In this document: positions 1 to 9,765 of the stretch, piece by piece
Layout: every line of letters begins with the position of its first letter
Numbering within the stretch: the first letter of the stretch is position 1
Source: an uncultured Gemmatimonadaceae bacterium
Lineage (GTDB): Bacteria; Gemmatimonadota; Gemmatimonadetes; Gemmatimonadales; Gemmatimonadaceae
Reading direction: 5' to 3'
DNA: 64,000 nt
Assembly: GCA_963761305.1 (NCBI GenBank)
Contig: CAVXGK010000001.1
Location: 672,001 to 736,000 of the forward strand
Program-made: the position numbers and the translations under genes
Notes under the pieces: model-generated
Told to the model about the DNA's origin: nothing
What the model saw: the letters and a program-made list of their open reading frames with translations, nothing else
Database searches by the model: none

Positions 1-1
1 C

Positions 2-955
2 TTCAGAGGAAAAATCGCCGAAGAACTCACCGGTGATCTCAACAGCGACACGAGCGCCCTGAAAGACAAGACGTTCGACGTCGTCATCGACAATCCGACG
101 ACGCTTCCACTCTGGGTAAAGAACGGCGCGCAATACCTCAAGGGAAACACCAAGCACTACATCTTCATCTCGACGACGTCGGTCTATCGGGATGAGAGCC
201 AGATCGGTATCGACGAGGATAGTCCCACGGTGCCGATGCCCGCCGGCCTCGATCCATATCAGCCGGACCAGCGCAACCCGGCGCAGCTGGCAGCATCGGC
301 CAACCCGGCGAACTACGGCGCGTTCAAGGCTCGCGCCGAAGTCGAAGTGCAGAGTCAATATCCGGGCATCAACACGATCATCCGGCCCTGCCTCATCGTC
401 GGCCCCCTCGACCGGACGGATCGTTTCACGTATTGGCCCGCGCGCATCGACAAGGGTGGCGAGGTGCTCGCCCCGGACAAGCCCGAGGATCCCTGCCAGT
501 TCATCGACTCGCGCGACCTGGCGGAATGGACGATTCGGATGGCGGAAGCACGCCAGTTTGGCACGTTCAACGCCATCGGGCCCGAGAAACCGCTGACCAT
601 CGCCGAGATGCTCTATGGCGTGAAGGCGATCACGACGGCCGGCGCGCAGTTCACGTGGGTGCCGTGGGAGTTCTTGCGCGACCACGGTGTTCGTCCGTGG
701 CGCCACATGACGGTGTGGCAACCGCCCTACGGCGCAACGGCCGGCTATCAGCGGCGCAACGCATCGAAGGCGATCGCCAACGGCTTGACCTTTCGGCCAC
801 TCGCCGTGACCGCCAAGGACACGCTAGACTGGCACAAGACGCGTCCCGAGAAGGACCAACTGGCGACGCTCAACGGTGAAATCAACGGACTGCCAATGAC
901 GAAAGAGGCGGAAGTGCTCGCGGCATGGAAAGCCGCACGTGCCGGAGACGCCTGA
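2..955 (+). CDS. NAD-dependent epimerase/dehydratase family protein (atypical SDR), 5' truncated by window edge
   Basis: Frame open from base 2 (FDVVIDNP...HYIFISTTSVY), YGAFK (YxxxK), IIRPCLIVGP, QFIDSRDLA. Confidence 0.85.
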   Translation, partial: FRGKIAEELTGDLNSDTSALKDKTFDVVIDNPTTLPLWVKNGAQYLKGNTKHYIFISTTSVYRDESQIGIDEDSPTVPMPAGLDPYQPDQRNPAQLAASANPANYGAFKARAEVEVQSQYPGINTIIRPCLIVGPLDRTDRFTYWPARIDKGGEVLAPDKPEDPCQFIDSRDLAEWTIRMAEARQFGTFNAIGPEKPLTIAEMLYGVKAITTAGAQFTWVPWEFLRDHGVRPWRHMTVWQPPYGATAGYQRRNASKAIANGLTFRPLAVTAKDTLDWHKTRPEKDQLATLNGEINGLPMTKEAEVLAAWKAARAGDA

Positions 956-1341
956 TGGCGGTTCCCGGATTCGTCAAAAACCACAAGCTGGCGTCCGCGC
1001 TCACGATCGTGATCGTCGTCCCGATCGTGGCCGTGACCGTGTGGACCTTGGCAGCGCTGAACTACACGTATTCGAGCGGCGAGCGCGCCGGGTTCCTTCA
1101 AAAAATCTCGAAGAAGGGGTGGATCTGCAAAACGTGGGAAGGCGAGATTCAGCTCAGCGCCATCCCTGGATCAGTCCCGGAGAAGTTCGACTTCACGGTT
1201 CGGTCGGATTCCATCGCCGCCGTGTTGAACAAGATGAACGGCGAACGCGTCGTCCTGAACTACGAGCAACACAAAGGTCTGCCGACGTCGTGCTTCGGCG
1301 AAACCGAATATTTTGTGACGGGAGCGCGACCCGTTCAGTGA
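955..1341 (+). CDS. Conserved hypothetical membrane-anchored protein
   Basis: ATG overlaps upstream TGA; N-terminal TM helix; YSSGERAG...KKGWICKTWEGE motif. Confidence 0.7.
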   Translation: MAVPGFVKNHKLASALTIVIVVPIVAVTVWTLAALNYTYSSGERAGFLQKISKKGWICKTWEGEIQLSAIPGSVPEKFDFTVRSDSIAAVLNKMNGERVVLNYEQHKGLPTSCFGETEYFVTGARPVQ

Positions 1342-1350
1342 GCGGGTCGC

Positions 1351-2778
1351 TCAGTTCCTCGCGAAGAGGAACTCCTGAATTTTTCCGTCCGGCGTTCGGT
1401 ACATCAGGCCGCGCGACGTCGCCTTGCCGACATCGAATACGACGGTCGCGACCTCCATGCCGCCGCGCTCGGACGTTCCGGCGACATGGATGTTGGTGAT
1501 TTTGCCCAGCGCGTTGAGCGCCGACTGTCCCTTTCGCACCTTGTCGGCGCTCAGGAAGTCGTTGAAGTCCTCGCCGAGTGTCGATCGGTCGACCGTGCCG
1601 CGTTCGAGCTCCATGAGGAATTTCGTCGCGGCGTCGAGGGCGGTGCGCCCCGCCACCGCCGGAACGTCGGGACTCCTGGGCATCAGCTTGGCGAGGAGCT
1701 CCTGATTCAGCGCGCCGATCGGCGAGAAATCCGTGTTGGAGAGCAGCACGACCGCCGAGTGGGTCGCCGGAATCACCGTGTTCGACGCCACGAACCCGCT
1801 CACCGCTCCCCCGTGTGACAGCACCACCGCCGGACCGCGGTCGTTGATCCCCTCACCGCATCCGTAACCGCTCGAGCGGCCGTCGGTCAGGCGCTGCGGT
1901 GTGACCATCACCTTGTAAGAGTCCTGCGATATGAGCTTGTGATCGATCAGCGCCAGGTCCCACGTCAGCAGGTCCGACGGCGTCGACCAGATGGCGCCGG
2001 CGGCGCCGGCCCAGCCGGCGGCCTCGGGCTCGACGGAGATCGGTTCGGACAAGCCGAACGACGTGTACCCTTTCGCCATGTCCGGGCGGCCGGCGGGTTC
2101 GAACGCCGTGCGGGTGAGCTTCAGCGGCGTCAGGATTCGATCCGACAGGAATTTCGCGTACGGCTCGCCGCTCACTTTCCCGATGACGCCGCCGAGGATG
2201 AGAAAACCGGTATTGCTGTACGAGTATCGCGAGCGCGGCTCGAAATCCAGCGGGCGCGTTGCGTATTCGTCGATGATCGCGTCGGCCGGTTGCGCCTTCT
2301 GCATCTCGCGATCCACGAAATCGAGCGGATAGTAGTCGCGATAGCCGGAGAGGTGCCCGCCGAGATCGATGAGCGTGATGTCCTTGGCGCGCGTGAGCCG
2401 CGGATAGTACTTCACGACGGGGTCGGTCAACGACAGCCGGTGCTCCTCGGCCAGCATGAGCAGGAGCGAGCAGGTGAACTGCTTGGTCACCGATCCGATG
2501 GCGAACATCGTGCGCGGCGTCACGGTGTCCTTCGTCGCGCGGTCCCGGACGCCGTAACCCTTGGCGAGGATCACGCGGCCGTTCTGCATCACCCCGACCG
2601 ACAGGCCGACGATTCCCTTCTCGGCCACGGCGCGCCGCACGATGCTGTCGATCTGCGTCGCACTGACGTCCTGCGCGCCGAGCGGCACGGCGAAAGGCGC
2701 GGCGAGGGCGCCGACGATGACCGAGCGAATCGCAAAACGGCGCGTCGCGACACGCGCCCGGCCCGTCGCGGCCATCAA
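1351..2778 (-). CDS. Serine hydrolase, beta-lactamase class C-like / D-aminopeptidase family
   Basis: FAIGSVTK (SxxK), YSYSN (YxN), HGG motif; signal peptide. Confidence 0.9.
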   Translation of the reverse strand: MMAATGRARVATRRFAIRSVIVGALAAPFAVPLGAQDVSATQIDSIVRRAVAEKGIVGLSVGVMQNGRVILAKGYGVRDRATKDTVTPRTMFAIGSVTKQFTCSLLLMLAEEHRLSLTDPVVKYYPRLTRAKDITLIDLGGHLSGYRDYYPLDFVDREMQKAQPADAIIDEYATRPLDFEPRSRYSYSNTGFLILGGVIGKVSGEPYAKFLSDRILTPLKLTRTAFEPAGRPDMAKGYTSFGLSEPISVEPEAAGWAGAAGAIWSTPSDLLTWDLALIDHKLISQDSYKVMVTPQRLTDGRSSGYGCGEGINDRGPAVVLSHGGAVSGFVASNTVIPATHSAVVLLSNTDFSPIGALNQELLAKLMPRSPDVPAVAGRTALDAATKFLMELERGTVDRSTLGEDFNDFLSADKVRKGQSALNALGKITNIHVAGTSERGGMEVATVVFDVGKATSRGLMYRTPDGKIQEFLFARN

Positions 2779-3014
2779 CGGCGCGACTTGAGAAGATTCC
2801 CGATCCAGAGCAGCACGACCGCGCCGACCGACGCGAACACGATCGACCCGATGATGCCGGTGGCGTAGATGCCCAGCAGTCCGAACAGGAAACGGCCGAC
2901 GACGCCGCCCGCGATCCCGAGGATGAGATCCATGAAGAGGCCGTAGCCAGATCCCTTCATGAACTGCCCGGCGATGAACCCCGCGACGATTCCAACGATG
3001 ATGGCGATGATCAT
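2775..3014 (-). CDS. GlsB/YeaQ/YmgE (transglycosylase-associated) small membrane protein
   Basis: 79 aa, Gly-rich hydrophobic helices, GIVAGFIAG...DLILGIAGGVVG pattern. Confidence 0.85.
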   Translation of the reverse strand: MIIAIIVGIVAGFIAGQFMKGSGYGLFMDLILGIAGGVVGRFLFGLLGIYATGIIGSIVFASVGAVVLLWIGNLLKSRR

Positions 3015-3048
3015 GGCGCTCTAATTGAATGGTTCGAGGGTTGGCGCG

Positions 3049-4131
3049 CTACTCGCCTTTCAACTTCGTGAACTTGTCGTCGACGTCAGCCGAGACCAGC
3101 AGCGAATCGGAGATGCCGGCGATCTCCTCCGCTTCGCGCCACGCCGCCTCGAGGGACGCGAGCTCGCCGTGAAGCGCCGCCCGCTCGGCCTCTTCGTGGA
3201 GGGCCATCTCCAGCGCCAGACGCTGCACCGGATCGAGGGCAAAGATGCCGGTGTTCCAGTTGTTGGCGGAGTTCTTTTTCACGAACCGCGAGATGCGCCG
3301 TCCCGAACCGCGCGGCGTCCAGTCGCCGACGTCGGTCAAGCCGACGCGCGTGAGCACCCGCGACATCGAGGCGATGCGCTCCAAGAACTGCTCCGAGCCG
3401 CCGGCGTTCTCGATCTTCGACACCGCTTCGGCCACCGTTTTCTTCGAGCCGCCGAAACGATTCGCGGCGGGAATGATGCGCGACGCGACGTGCATCGCCT
3501 GTTCACCCTCGAACCGGGCCTGGCCGTTCTTGTAGCGAAGCGTTATCGCGAGCGGGGAGGTCTCGCCGCGCTCGATCGACGTCTCGAGCAGGTGGCGTCG
3601 CCGAACTTCCATCGGGTTGCCATTTGGGCCTTTGATGCGAGCGACGATCTGTTCCGATCTGCCGCGCACGAGGCCTTTCCCGGCGTTGCCGATCATCCAC
3701 GCGAAGCTGCCCACGCCGACGCCGACCATCGCGCCGCCCGCTATGACCGCCCCCAGCGCGCCCAGCCCCGCACCAACGATCGCGATCTGACGCACGCGGC
3801 GGCGCCCGAACTGGTCGCCATACCGCCACGCCGCGAATTCCGGTCGCAGCGGTTCGCCGATCCGAACGATCGTCGTTCCGTCGCGCATCTTCGCGAGACC
3901 GATGTTGTCGGTCGCCACGCGGCGGCGTGTGTCCCGGTACAACCGCTCGGCCTCTTCGATCGCCTCCCAGCGCTCCTCGAGGGGCGACAGGTTCCAGCGC
4001 TCGCAGTGGCGGCAGACCACCCACAGTCGGCCCTTCGCAGCATCGAACGCGAGGCGCCGGCCAACCGGGAACGTCTCGAACGTCTCGTTGCGGCCCAGGT
4101 CTTTCTGGCAGAAGAGACAGGTCGCGTACAT
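3049..4131 (-). CDS. Hypothetical protein with N-terminal Zn-ribbon-like motif and central TM segment
   Basis: CLFC and CRHC pairs; hydrophobic stretch IAIVGAGLGALGAVIAGG; acidic C-terminal helix. Confidence 0.7.
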   Translation of the reverse strand: MYATCLFCQKDLGRNETFETFPVGRRLAFDAAKGRLWVVCRHCERWNLSPLEERWEAIEEAERLYRDTRRRVATDNIGLAKMRDGTTIVRIGEPLRPEFAAWRYGDQFGRRRVRQIAIVGAGLGALGAVIAGGAMVGVGVGSFAWMIGNAGKGLVRGRSEQIVARIKGPNGNPMEVRRRHLLETSIERGETSPLAITLRYKNGQARFEGEQAMHVASRIIPAANRFGGSKKTVAEAVSKIENAGGSEQFLERIASMSRVLTRVGLTDVGDWTPRGSGRRISRFVKKNSANNWNTGIFALDPVQRLALEMALHEEAERAALHGELASLEAAWREAEEIAGISDSLLVSADVDDKFTKLKGE

Positions 4132-4237
4132 AGCTCGGTGAAACCTATCGCGGGAACGGCCACCGAAGTTTCAATCAAGCAACGAGGCGGTAGACCAGTA
4201 GTGGCCTGCCGCCTCGCAGTCGACCGTGGAGAAACGC

Positions 4238-6151
4238 TTAGCGCACGTGCACCGGCACCGTGATGGTGGCTGGCGGCGGCGGAAAGTTGGGCGGCGGTGG
4301 CGGCGAGCCCGGCGGTGGCAGGAACGGCCCGAACCTGAGCGACATCTCTCCCGCCTTCTCCGGCGTGAACTCGAAGTCGTAGATCTCGCCGGGATCAAAG
4401 AGCAGTTTCGCCGCGCGGTTCGTCGCCTGCCCGGCCGGCAGGGTGGCTCCGTCCTTGGCGACCGCACGCCACTGGGCCAGCGCCTTGCCGTCATTGAGAC
4501 TCACCAACAGCGGTCCGTCGTCGCTGATGTTGATGAGGCGGAAGCGGTACCGGGTCCCTGCCTTGAGCGTCATCGGGCCCGGCTGTTTCTGCCCGTTCAT
4601 GAGATAGTCCGGAAACGGACCGACGACGACGTTGGTCGCGGGCCCGGCAACGCCAAACATGAGCACTCGATCGGTCTCGGGATCGTATTTCTGACCGGAG
4701 TCGAGCACGATGATCGGTCCGTAAAGTCCGGCCGTAATCTGTGTCGCCTCGTCGAAGTGCGAGTGATACATGAACGTTCCGGCGCGCGGCGGCGTGAATC
4801 GAACGGTGATCGAGTCGCCGGGAGGCACCGAAGGCAGCATGTGTCCGGTCGTTCCGGACCAATCGGGCACGCCGTCCGGATAGCTCTCCAGCTCGATGCC
4901 GTGCCAATGCACGGCCGCGCGTTCGTGCGCGCGGTTCACGAGCGTAATCGCAACCGGCTGATTTCGTTGGAGCACAAGCGCCGGTCCGGGCACCGGCATC
5001 GCCGACGAGTTGGCATCGTCCGGTGTTCCGCCCATCACGAACGAGAAGCCGGGGTGCTTCCCGTAGACGTTCGCCTTCTCTCGAATCGTCAACCGAATCG
5101 CGCGCGCGTTCGTCGGCGCGGTAGGCTGCGGGCCTCGCGGCGCGACGGTAAGGCCGAGCACGAGGCCGAACATCTGGTGCGGCCGGTCGGACATGTGGTG
5201 CGACAACATCGACGCGTCGAGCATGCCCTTGTCGGTATCGAGCTCAGCGTCCTGCGACAGGTGCGATGCGTAGTGGCAGTGGAAGATCCAGTTGCCGGGA
5301 CGCGACGGCAGCCACGCCAACGAAATCGTCTCGAACGGGTTCACGATCTGCGTCACCGCCATCCGTTGATCGGCCGTGCGGAACAGCGAGTCGGTGACGC
5401 CATTGCCCTTCGACGTCAGGCGGAAGTAGAACCCGTGCAGGTGCATCGGGTGATCGGCTTCCGTCAGGTTGATCACACGCCACCGCACGGAATCGCCCTG
5501 CGTGAGATCGATGCGCTCGGTGTGCGGCCACGAAAGCCCGTTGATCGCCATCGTCGAGCGGCCAAGTCCGGTCTTGCTCGTCGAGTCTACCGTGAACCAC
5601 CACGAGATCACGAACACGCGGTCCGTCGGCGTCGCGTTCGGCGGATCGACGACAACCGCGCCGTTGAGCTCGAAGTCACCGTCCGGCCGAGTTCCGAACG
5701 GTCCCACACCGCGGCGGCCGACGTAGTAGTAGGTGCCGGGAGTCGCCGCGGTGAACGAGACATTCACGCGACCGTTCGCAGGCACGATCACGCTGTCCGA
5801 CATGCCGCGCGTCTTCCCCAAGCCCGAAACGATCAGCGGCTTGGCGAGCGTGTTGTGAATCGTCGCGCGCACTTCGGTGCCGACAGGCACCCGGATCAAC
5901 GGCCCGGGATTCGTGAGCGGCTTTCCTTCCTCGGCGAACGCGGCGACCGGAATGGCTCGGCCATTCTCACCCTCGGGGCGCCACAGACCTTCGCGCGCCT
6001 CGAGCTTGACGGTGAACACTTTTCCGGCGAGGGATCCGGCGACATGCCGGTTGTCGTTCGCCGCGATGGATTCCGGCGCCCGCGACATAGCGGACGTGAC
6101 GGCCAGCAGCGCAAGAAACGGGGTGAGCCGGTACAGCGTGGTTCTCAGCAT
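4238..6151 (-). CDS. Secreted multicopper oxidase (four cupredoxin-like domains, permuted order)
   Basis: HPMHLHG, WIFHCHYASH, VHWHG, FMYHSH copper motifs; signal peptide; Pro-rich C-terminal tail. Confidence 0.9.
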   Translation of the reverse strand: MLRTTLYRLTPFLALLAVTSAMSRAPESIAANDNRHVAGSLAGKVFTVKLEAREGLWRPEGENGRAIPVAAFAEEGKPLTNPGPLIRVPVGTEVRATIHNTLAKPLIVSGLGKTRGMSDSVIVPANGRVNVSFTAATPGTYYYVGRRGVGPFGTRPDGDFELNGAVVVDPPNATPTDRVFVISWWFTVDSTSKTGLGRSTMAINGLSWPHTERIDLTQGDSVRWRVINLTEADHPMHLHGFYFRLTSKGNGVTDSLFRTADQRMAVTQIVNPFETISLAWLPSRPGNWIFHCHYASHLSQDAELDTDKGMLDASMLSHHMSDRPHQMFGLVLGLTVAPRGPQPTAPTNARAIRLTIREKANVYGKHPGFSFVMGGTPDDANSSAMPVPGPALVLQRNQPVAITLVNRAHERAAVHWHGIELESYPDGVPDWSGTTGHMLPSVPPGDSITVRFTPPRAGTFMYHSHFDEATQITAGLYGPIIVLDSGQKYDPETDRVLMFGVAGPATNVVVGPFPDYLMNGQKQPGPMTLKAGTRYRFRLINISDDGPLLVSLNDGKALAQWRAVAKDGATLPAGQATNRAAKLLFDPGEIYDFEFTPEKAGEMSLRFGPFLPPPGSPPPPPNFPPPPATITVPVHVR

Positions 6152-6427
6152 GATCGATCTCGCGCCTGTGGACAGGGGGACGAGCGCGGGGGGGGAGCCG
6201 CGTGAACGTATTTGGATTCAGGCGGCCACGCCAGTCGAGATCGGCGCTCCCGCGCGATACGAAGCTAGCTCGCGCGAACTGGCCGTACCCCGGTTCGACC
6301 CGTCTCGCGAACGGACCGACCCTCGGCCGACGTTCGAGTTTTGTGAAGTTTGTCGAGGTCCGGTATGGCCACTGGCACCGGCTCGCGGTCGCCGCGCAAA
6401 TACACGCATCCACTTTCCGGAGTCCGC

Positions 6428-7030
6428 GTGTCCACCACCTCTCGTATCGCGCGTCGGCGAATCACCCTAGTCGTCTCCGCCGCCGCCGTCCTCGCGATCG
6501 CCGTTCCGTCGAGCGTTCGCGCGCAACAACAGCAAGCGGAACAGGTCCTCGACGTCAAATCAGCGACGCACCTGCGCGCCGAGTACCTCGCGGACCTCGA
6601 CACGCTGCACGACAAGTTCGTCCAGCTGGCGAAGGCGATCCCGGCCGACAAGTACGAGTGGCGTCCGTCCGCCGATGTTCGCACGGTGGCACAAGTGCTC
6701 ATGCACGTCGCAACGGAGTACTACTTCTACACGCCGAGGTCGATCGGCGGGCAGCCGCCGGCCGACTACGGCACGCCGCGCGAAAAGAACGAAGCGCTCG
6801 AGAAGGTCACCGCCAAGGCGGAGGTGATCGATCACCTCGAAAAATCGTGGGCGCACGCCAAATCCCAGTTCGCCGCATCCGACGCTGTCAAGCTCACCGG
6901 CAGCTACCAGCCGTGGAACATGCCGCTCGATCGCGCCGCGTTCAGCATGGACGGCGACCTGCACGAGCACCTCGGCCAGCTGATCGCGTATGCGCGATCA
7001 GTTGGCGTGAAGCCCCCGTGGACGAAGTAG
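6428..7030 (+). CDS. Secreted DinB family protein
   Basis: WRPSADVRTVAQVLMHVA and HEHLGQLIAYARSVGVKPPW motifs; start uncertain (GTG 6428). Confidence 0.8.
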   Translation: MSTTSRIARRRITLVVSAAAVLAIAVPSSVRAQQQQAEQVLDVKSATHLRAEYLADLDTLHDKFVQLAKAIPADKYEWRPSADVRTVAQVLMHVATEYYFYTPRSIGGQPPADYGTPREKNEALEKVTAKAEVIDHLEKSWAHAKSQFAASDAVKLTGSYQPWNMPLDRAAFSMDGDLHEHLGQLIAYARSVGVKPPWTK

Positions 7031-7032
7031 TG

Positions 7033-8556
7033 CTACTTCGCGAGTAGGCGATCCGTGAGCGCGTCGACGATGCGCTTCACGTCGGCGTTGTCGTCGGTCG
7101 TCAACACGACGATGGTCGCGTGCCGGTCGGGCAGGCGCACGAACGCCGAGCGCTTGCCTCCGGCCACCGCAAACGCCGAAAGACGAGCCGCACCGGCACG
7201 GTTGTCGGTCTCCCAGCCGGCTGAGAGATCCACCGTGTGCGACGCGCCGCCGTCGCCCGTCGTCGTGTCGCGCGCGAACGTTCGAGGATTCTCATAGCCG
7301 AGCGATACGCGATAGAGCTCGTCGGCATCCGATTGAACCTGGCCGTCGCGGCCTATCGTCGTCTTGTGCAGGCCGACGGGTGTCGCGAACCGGCGCGTGA
7401 AACAGTTCTGAAGCGCCGTCGGCGGCGTCTGATTCGCCGCGCCACCGCGCCCGCCGCGTCCGCGATTGCCCGAATCGGCCGGCATCTGCGCGCATAGCGC
7501 CGTGAACACGCGCGCAATCTCGCCGAGCTGGAACTGTGGCACCGTCGTCGTCGGCATGTACTTGGCCTGATCCGCGATCCCGTACGATCGGTCGACGAAT
7601 ACCTTGCCGTCCTGGGCGACCAGCACCGTCGCGCCCCCCGCGGACGGATCGGCGAACGGCTTGAACAGCGAGTCGATGAAGGCGACCGACAACTTCGATT
7701 CGCTCGCCGCACGATGCATCACTTGCCGCGTCGCGAGGTTGTAGCGATCGCCCGGATACAGCGTGAGGAACGGCTTGCCTCGATCTGTCGCGTCCTTACC
7801 GCCATAGACGAACGCCTTGTCGCGTCCGATGATCGTCGCCGTGTCGCCCCTCACGACCCACGCCGTGCCTTCGTCCTCCGACATACCGAGGAGGTTCGGG
7901 TACTTCGGCATGATCGAGTCGGCGAGATCGGCGAGACGCTCGCGCGCGACCACGTGCTGGTCGATCCCGACGCCGCGAAGGAATGCGAAACCCTTCTCGT
8001 AACCGGGAGAATCCATGACGAAGTTGTCGTTCGACGGCGCGCCGCGGACGAGGAAATCGCCGAGGATCGATGCGCCCGCCGACGATCCGCCGATGACGCC
8101 GCCGCGCGCGAGCACGTCGTGGAAGCCGGCCTCCGTCTTCGTACCGGCGTACGAGTCGACGAGGTGAAACTGGCGCCCACCCTCGAACCACACACCGCCT
8201 GCCTTCTTCAAGATCGCGGCAAAGCTGTCGGAGTCGGCGAGCTTCTTGTTGTTCGTGTGCAGCACGTAGACGTTCTTCGCGCCCGCCTGCTTCCAACCTC
8301 GAGTTCCCGGCGCGTCCTGCGTGTACGCCGTGTCCCCTCCGGCCGTCGGAACATCCACGATCAAGGCGTCAGGTCCGCCCGCCGCTTTGATGAACGCCGA
8401 ATAGACCTCGGGCCCCATGGCCCCGCCGCCGACGACGATGACCGTGCCGTGCTCCGGACCGACACGCGTCGTCGAGCCCTGTTGAGAAGGCGATCGGCCC
8501 TGCGCGACAAGCGCGGCCGGAATCACTACGAGCGAGAACGAGATCAAGCGGCGCAT
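7033..8556 (-). CDS. Secreted cyanophycinase-like peptidase (S51) fused to a degenerate beta-lactamase-like domain
   Basis: GVWFEGGRQ, GSSAGA (nucleophile Ser), IDQH, SEDE; C-terminal GATVLVAQDGKV...SYG...FQLGEIARVFTA. Confidence 0.8.
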   Translation of the reverse strand: MRRLISFSLVVIPAALVAQGRSPSQQGSTTRVGPEHGTVIVVGGGAMGPEVYSAFIKAAGGPDALIVDVPTAGGDTAYTQDAPGTRGWKQAGAKNVYVLHTNNKKLADSDSFAAILKKAGGVWFEGGRQFHLVDSYAGTKTEAGFHDVLARGGVIGGSSAGASILGDFLVRGAPSNDNFVMDSPGYEKGFAFLRGVGIDQHVVARERLADLADSIMPKYPNLLGMSEDEGTAWVVRGDTATIIGRDKAFVYGGKDATDRGKPFLTLYPGDRYNLATRQVMHRAASESKLSVAFIDSLFKPFADPSAGGATVLVAQDGKVFVDRSYGIADQAKYMPTTTVPQFQLGEIARVFTALCAQMPADSGNRGRGGRGGAANQTPPTALQNCFTRRFATPVGLHKTTIGRDGQVQSDADELYRVSLGYENPRTFARDTTTGDGGASHTVDLSAGWETDNRAGAARLSAFAVAGGKRSAFVRLPDRHATIVVLTTDDNADVKRIVDALTDRLLAK

Positions 8557-8664
8557 GGAGCTCCTCGGCTATCGAATTTCGGAAAATGAAGATACACGGC
8601 AGTCGCCCCACCGCGATTTCGAGCGGGTTTTGCCCGACGGGGCGACGACCGTTTGATTTACGGA

Positions 8665-9765
8665 ATGCCTCGCTACCTCGTTTACGCGCAGGATCAGTTC
8701 GGTACCCCTTCGGCCAAGACCGCGCACTCGGTGATCCGTTATTCGGCCGCCCACGTGGCTGCCGTGCTCGACCGCAGCCGCGCCGGGGCGCGTGTTCACG
8801 ACGTGCTCGGATTTGGGGGTGCCATCCCGATCGTCGATACGGTCGCCGACGGTGTGATTTGCGGCGCGGACGCCCTGCTGGTGGGGATCGCGCTCGTGGG
8901 CGACGGCCTGCCTGCTGAGCTTCGCCTCGCGATCGCGCAGGCGATGGAGCACCGCCTGGAGATCTGGAACGGGCTTCACGGGTTCGTGTCCGACGACCCG
9001 GAGCTCGGCCCGCTCGCCGCGCGTCTTGGGGTTCGGGTGCACGACGTCCGACGTCCGCCCGAGGACTTGCCGGTGGGAGCGGGCCGGGTTCGAGAGCTCG
9101 ACCAGACCGTCGTGCTGGCGGTGGGGACCGACGCCAACATCGGCAAGATGACGGTGATGCTTCAGTTGCGCGACGTGCTCGCGTCGCGGGGCGTGCGCGC
9201 CGCATTCGCGCCAACCGGCCAGACGGGGATCTTCATCGAGGGTTGGGGCATTTGTGTCGACGCGGTGATCGCCGATTTCATCGCCGGCGCGGCGGAGGCG
9301 GTGACGATTCGTGCCGCTCGCGACGCCGACATCATTCTCGTCGAAGGTCAGGGCTCCATTCTCCATCCAGGCTACTCGGGCGTGTCACTCGGGCTCCTTC
9401 ACGGCAGCCTGCCGCACGCTCTGATCGCGTGTCACCAGCCAAGTCGCACGACGTTCCGGCACAACCCGTGGCTGTCGATTCCGCCGCTCACGTCGGTAAT
9501 CGCGCTGCACGAAGCCATCGCGAACCCGCTGCGACGGACGAAGACGATCGGGATTTCGCTGAACACGGCCGACCTGAGCGACCGCGACGCTCGCGCGGCG
9601 ATCGATCGGGCGTCGGCTGAGACCGGCCTTCCCGCCGTGGATCCAGTGCGCTTCGATCCCGCGCCCCTCGTGGACGCGGTCATCGCGTTCGACACACAGC
9701 GTCGGGCCGGCCAGCCGCCCTCGCAAAGCAACGGCGCGCATGGCGCGAAGCGAGTCGTCTCTTGA
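8665..9765 (+). CDS. DUF1611 family protein (DgcN-like P-loop protein, possible D-glutamate N-acetyltransferase)
   Basis: GTDANIGKM P-loop, PTGQTG, DFIAGAAE, VEGQGSILHPGYSGVSLGLLHGS. Confidence 0.85.
   Translation: MPRYLVYAQDQFGTPSAKTAHSVIRYSAAHVAAVLDRSRAGARVHDVLGFGGAIPIVDTVADGVICGADALLVGIALVGDGLPAELRLAIAQAMEHRLEIWNGLHGFVSDDPELGPLAARLGVRVHDVRRPPEDLPVGAGRVRELDQTVVLAVGTDANIGKMTVMLQLRDVLASRGVRAAFAPTGQTGIFIEGWGICVDAVIADFIAGAAEAVTIRAARDADIILVEGQGSILHPGYSGVSLGLLHGSLPHALIACHQPSRTTFRHNPWLSIPPLTSVIALHEAIANPLRRTKTIGISLNTADLSDRDARAAIDRASAETGLPAVDPVRFDPAPLVDAVIAFDTQRRAGQPPSQSNGAHGAKRVVS

Noticed and set aside
1351..2778. Antibiotic-resistance beta-lactamase or self-resistance gene for the NRPS product
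   Set aside because: A generic serine hydrolase family member about 40 kb from the NRPSs; no specific evidence.
4226..6205. Long antisense and alternate-frame ORFs (for example 4226..6205+, 14407..16320+, 23678..25621+, 50152..52203+)
   Set aside because: Arg/Ala-rich shadow ORFs opposite well-supported genes, expected in high-GC DNA; no motifs.
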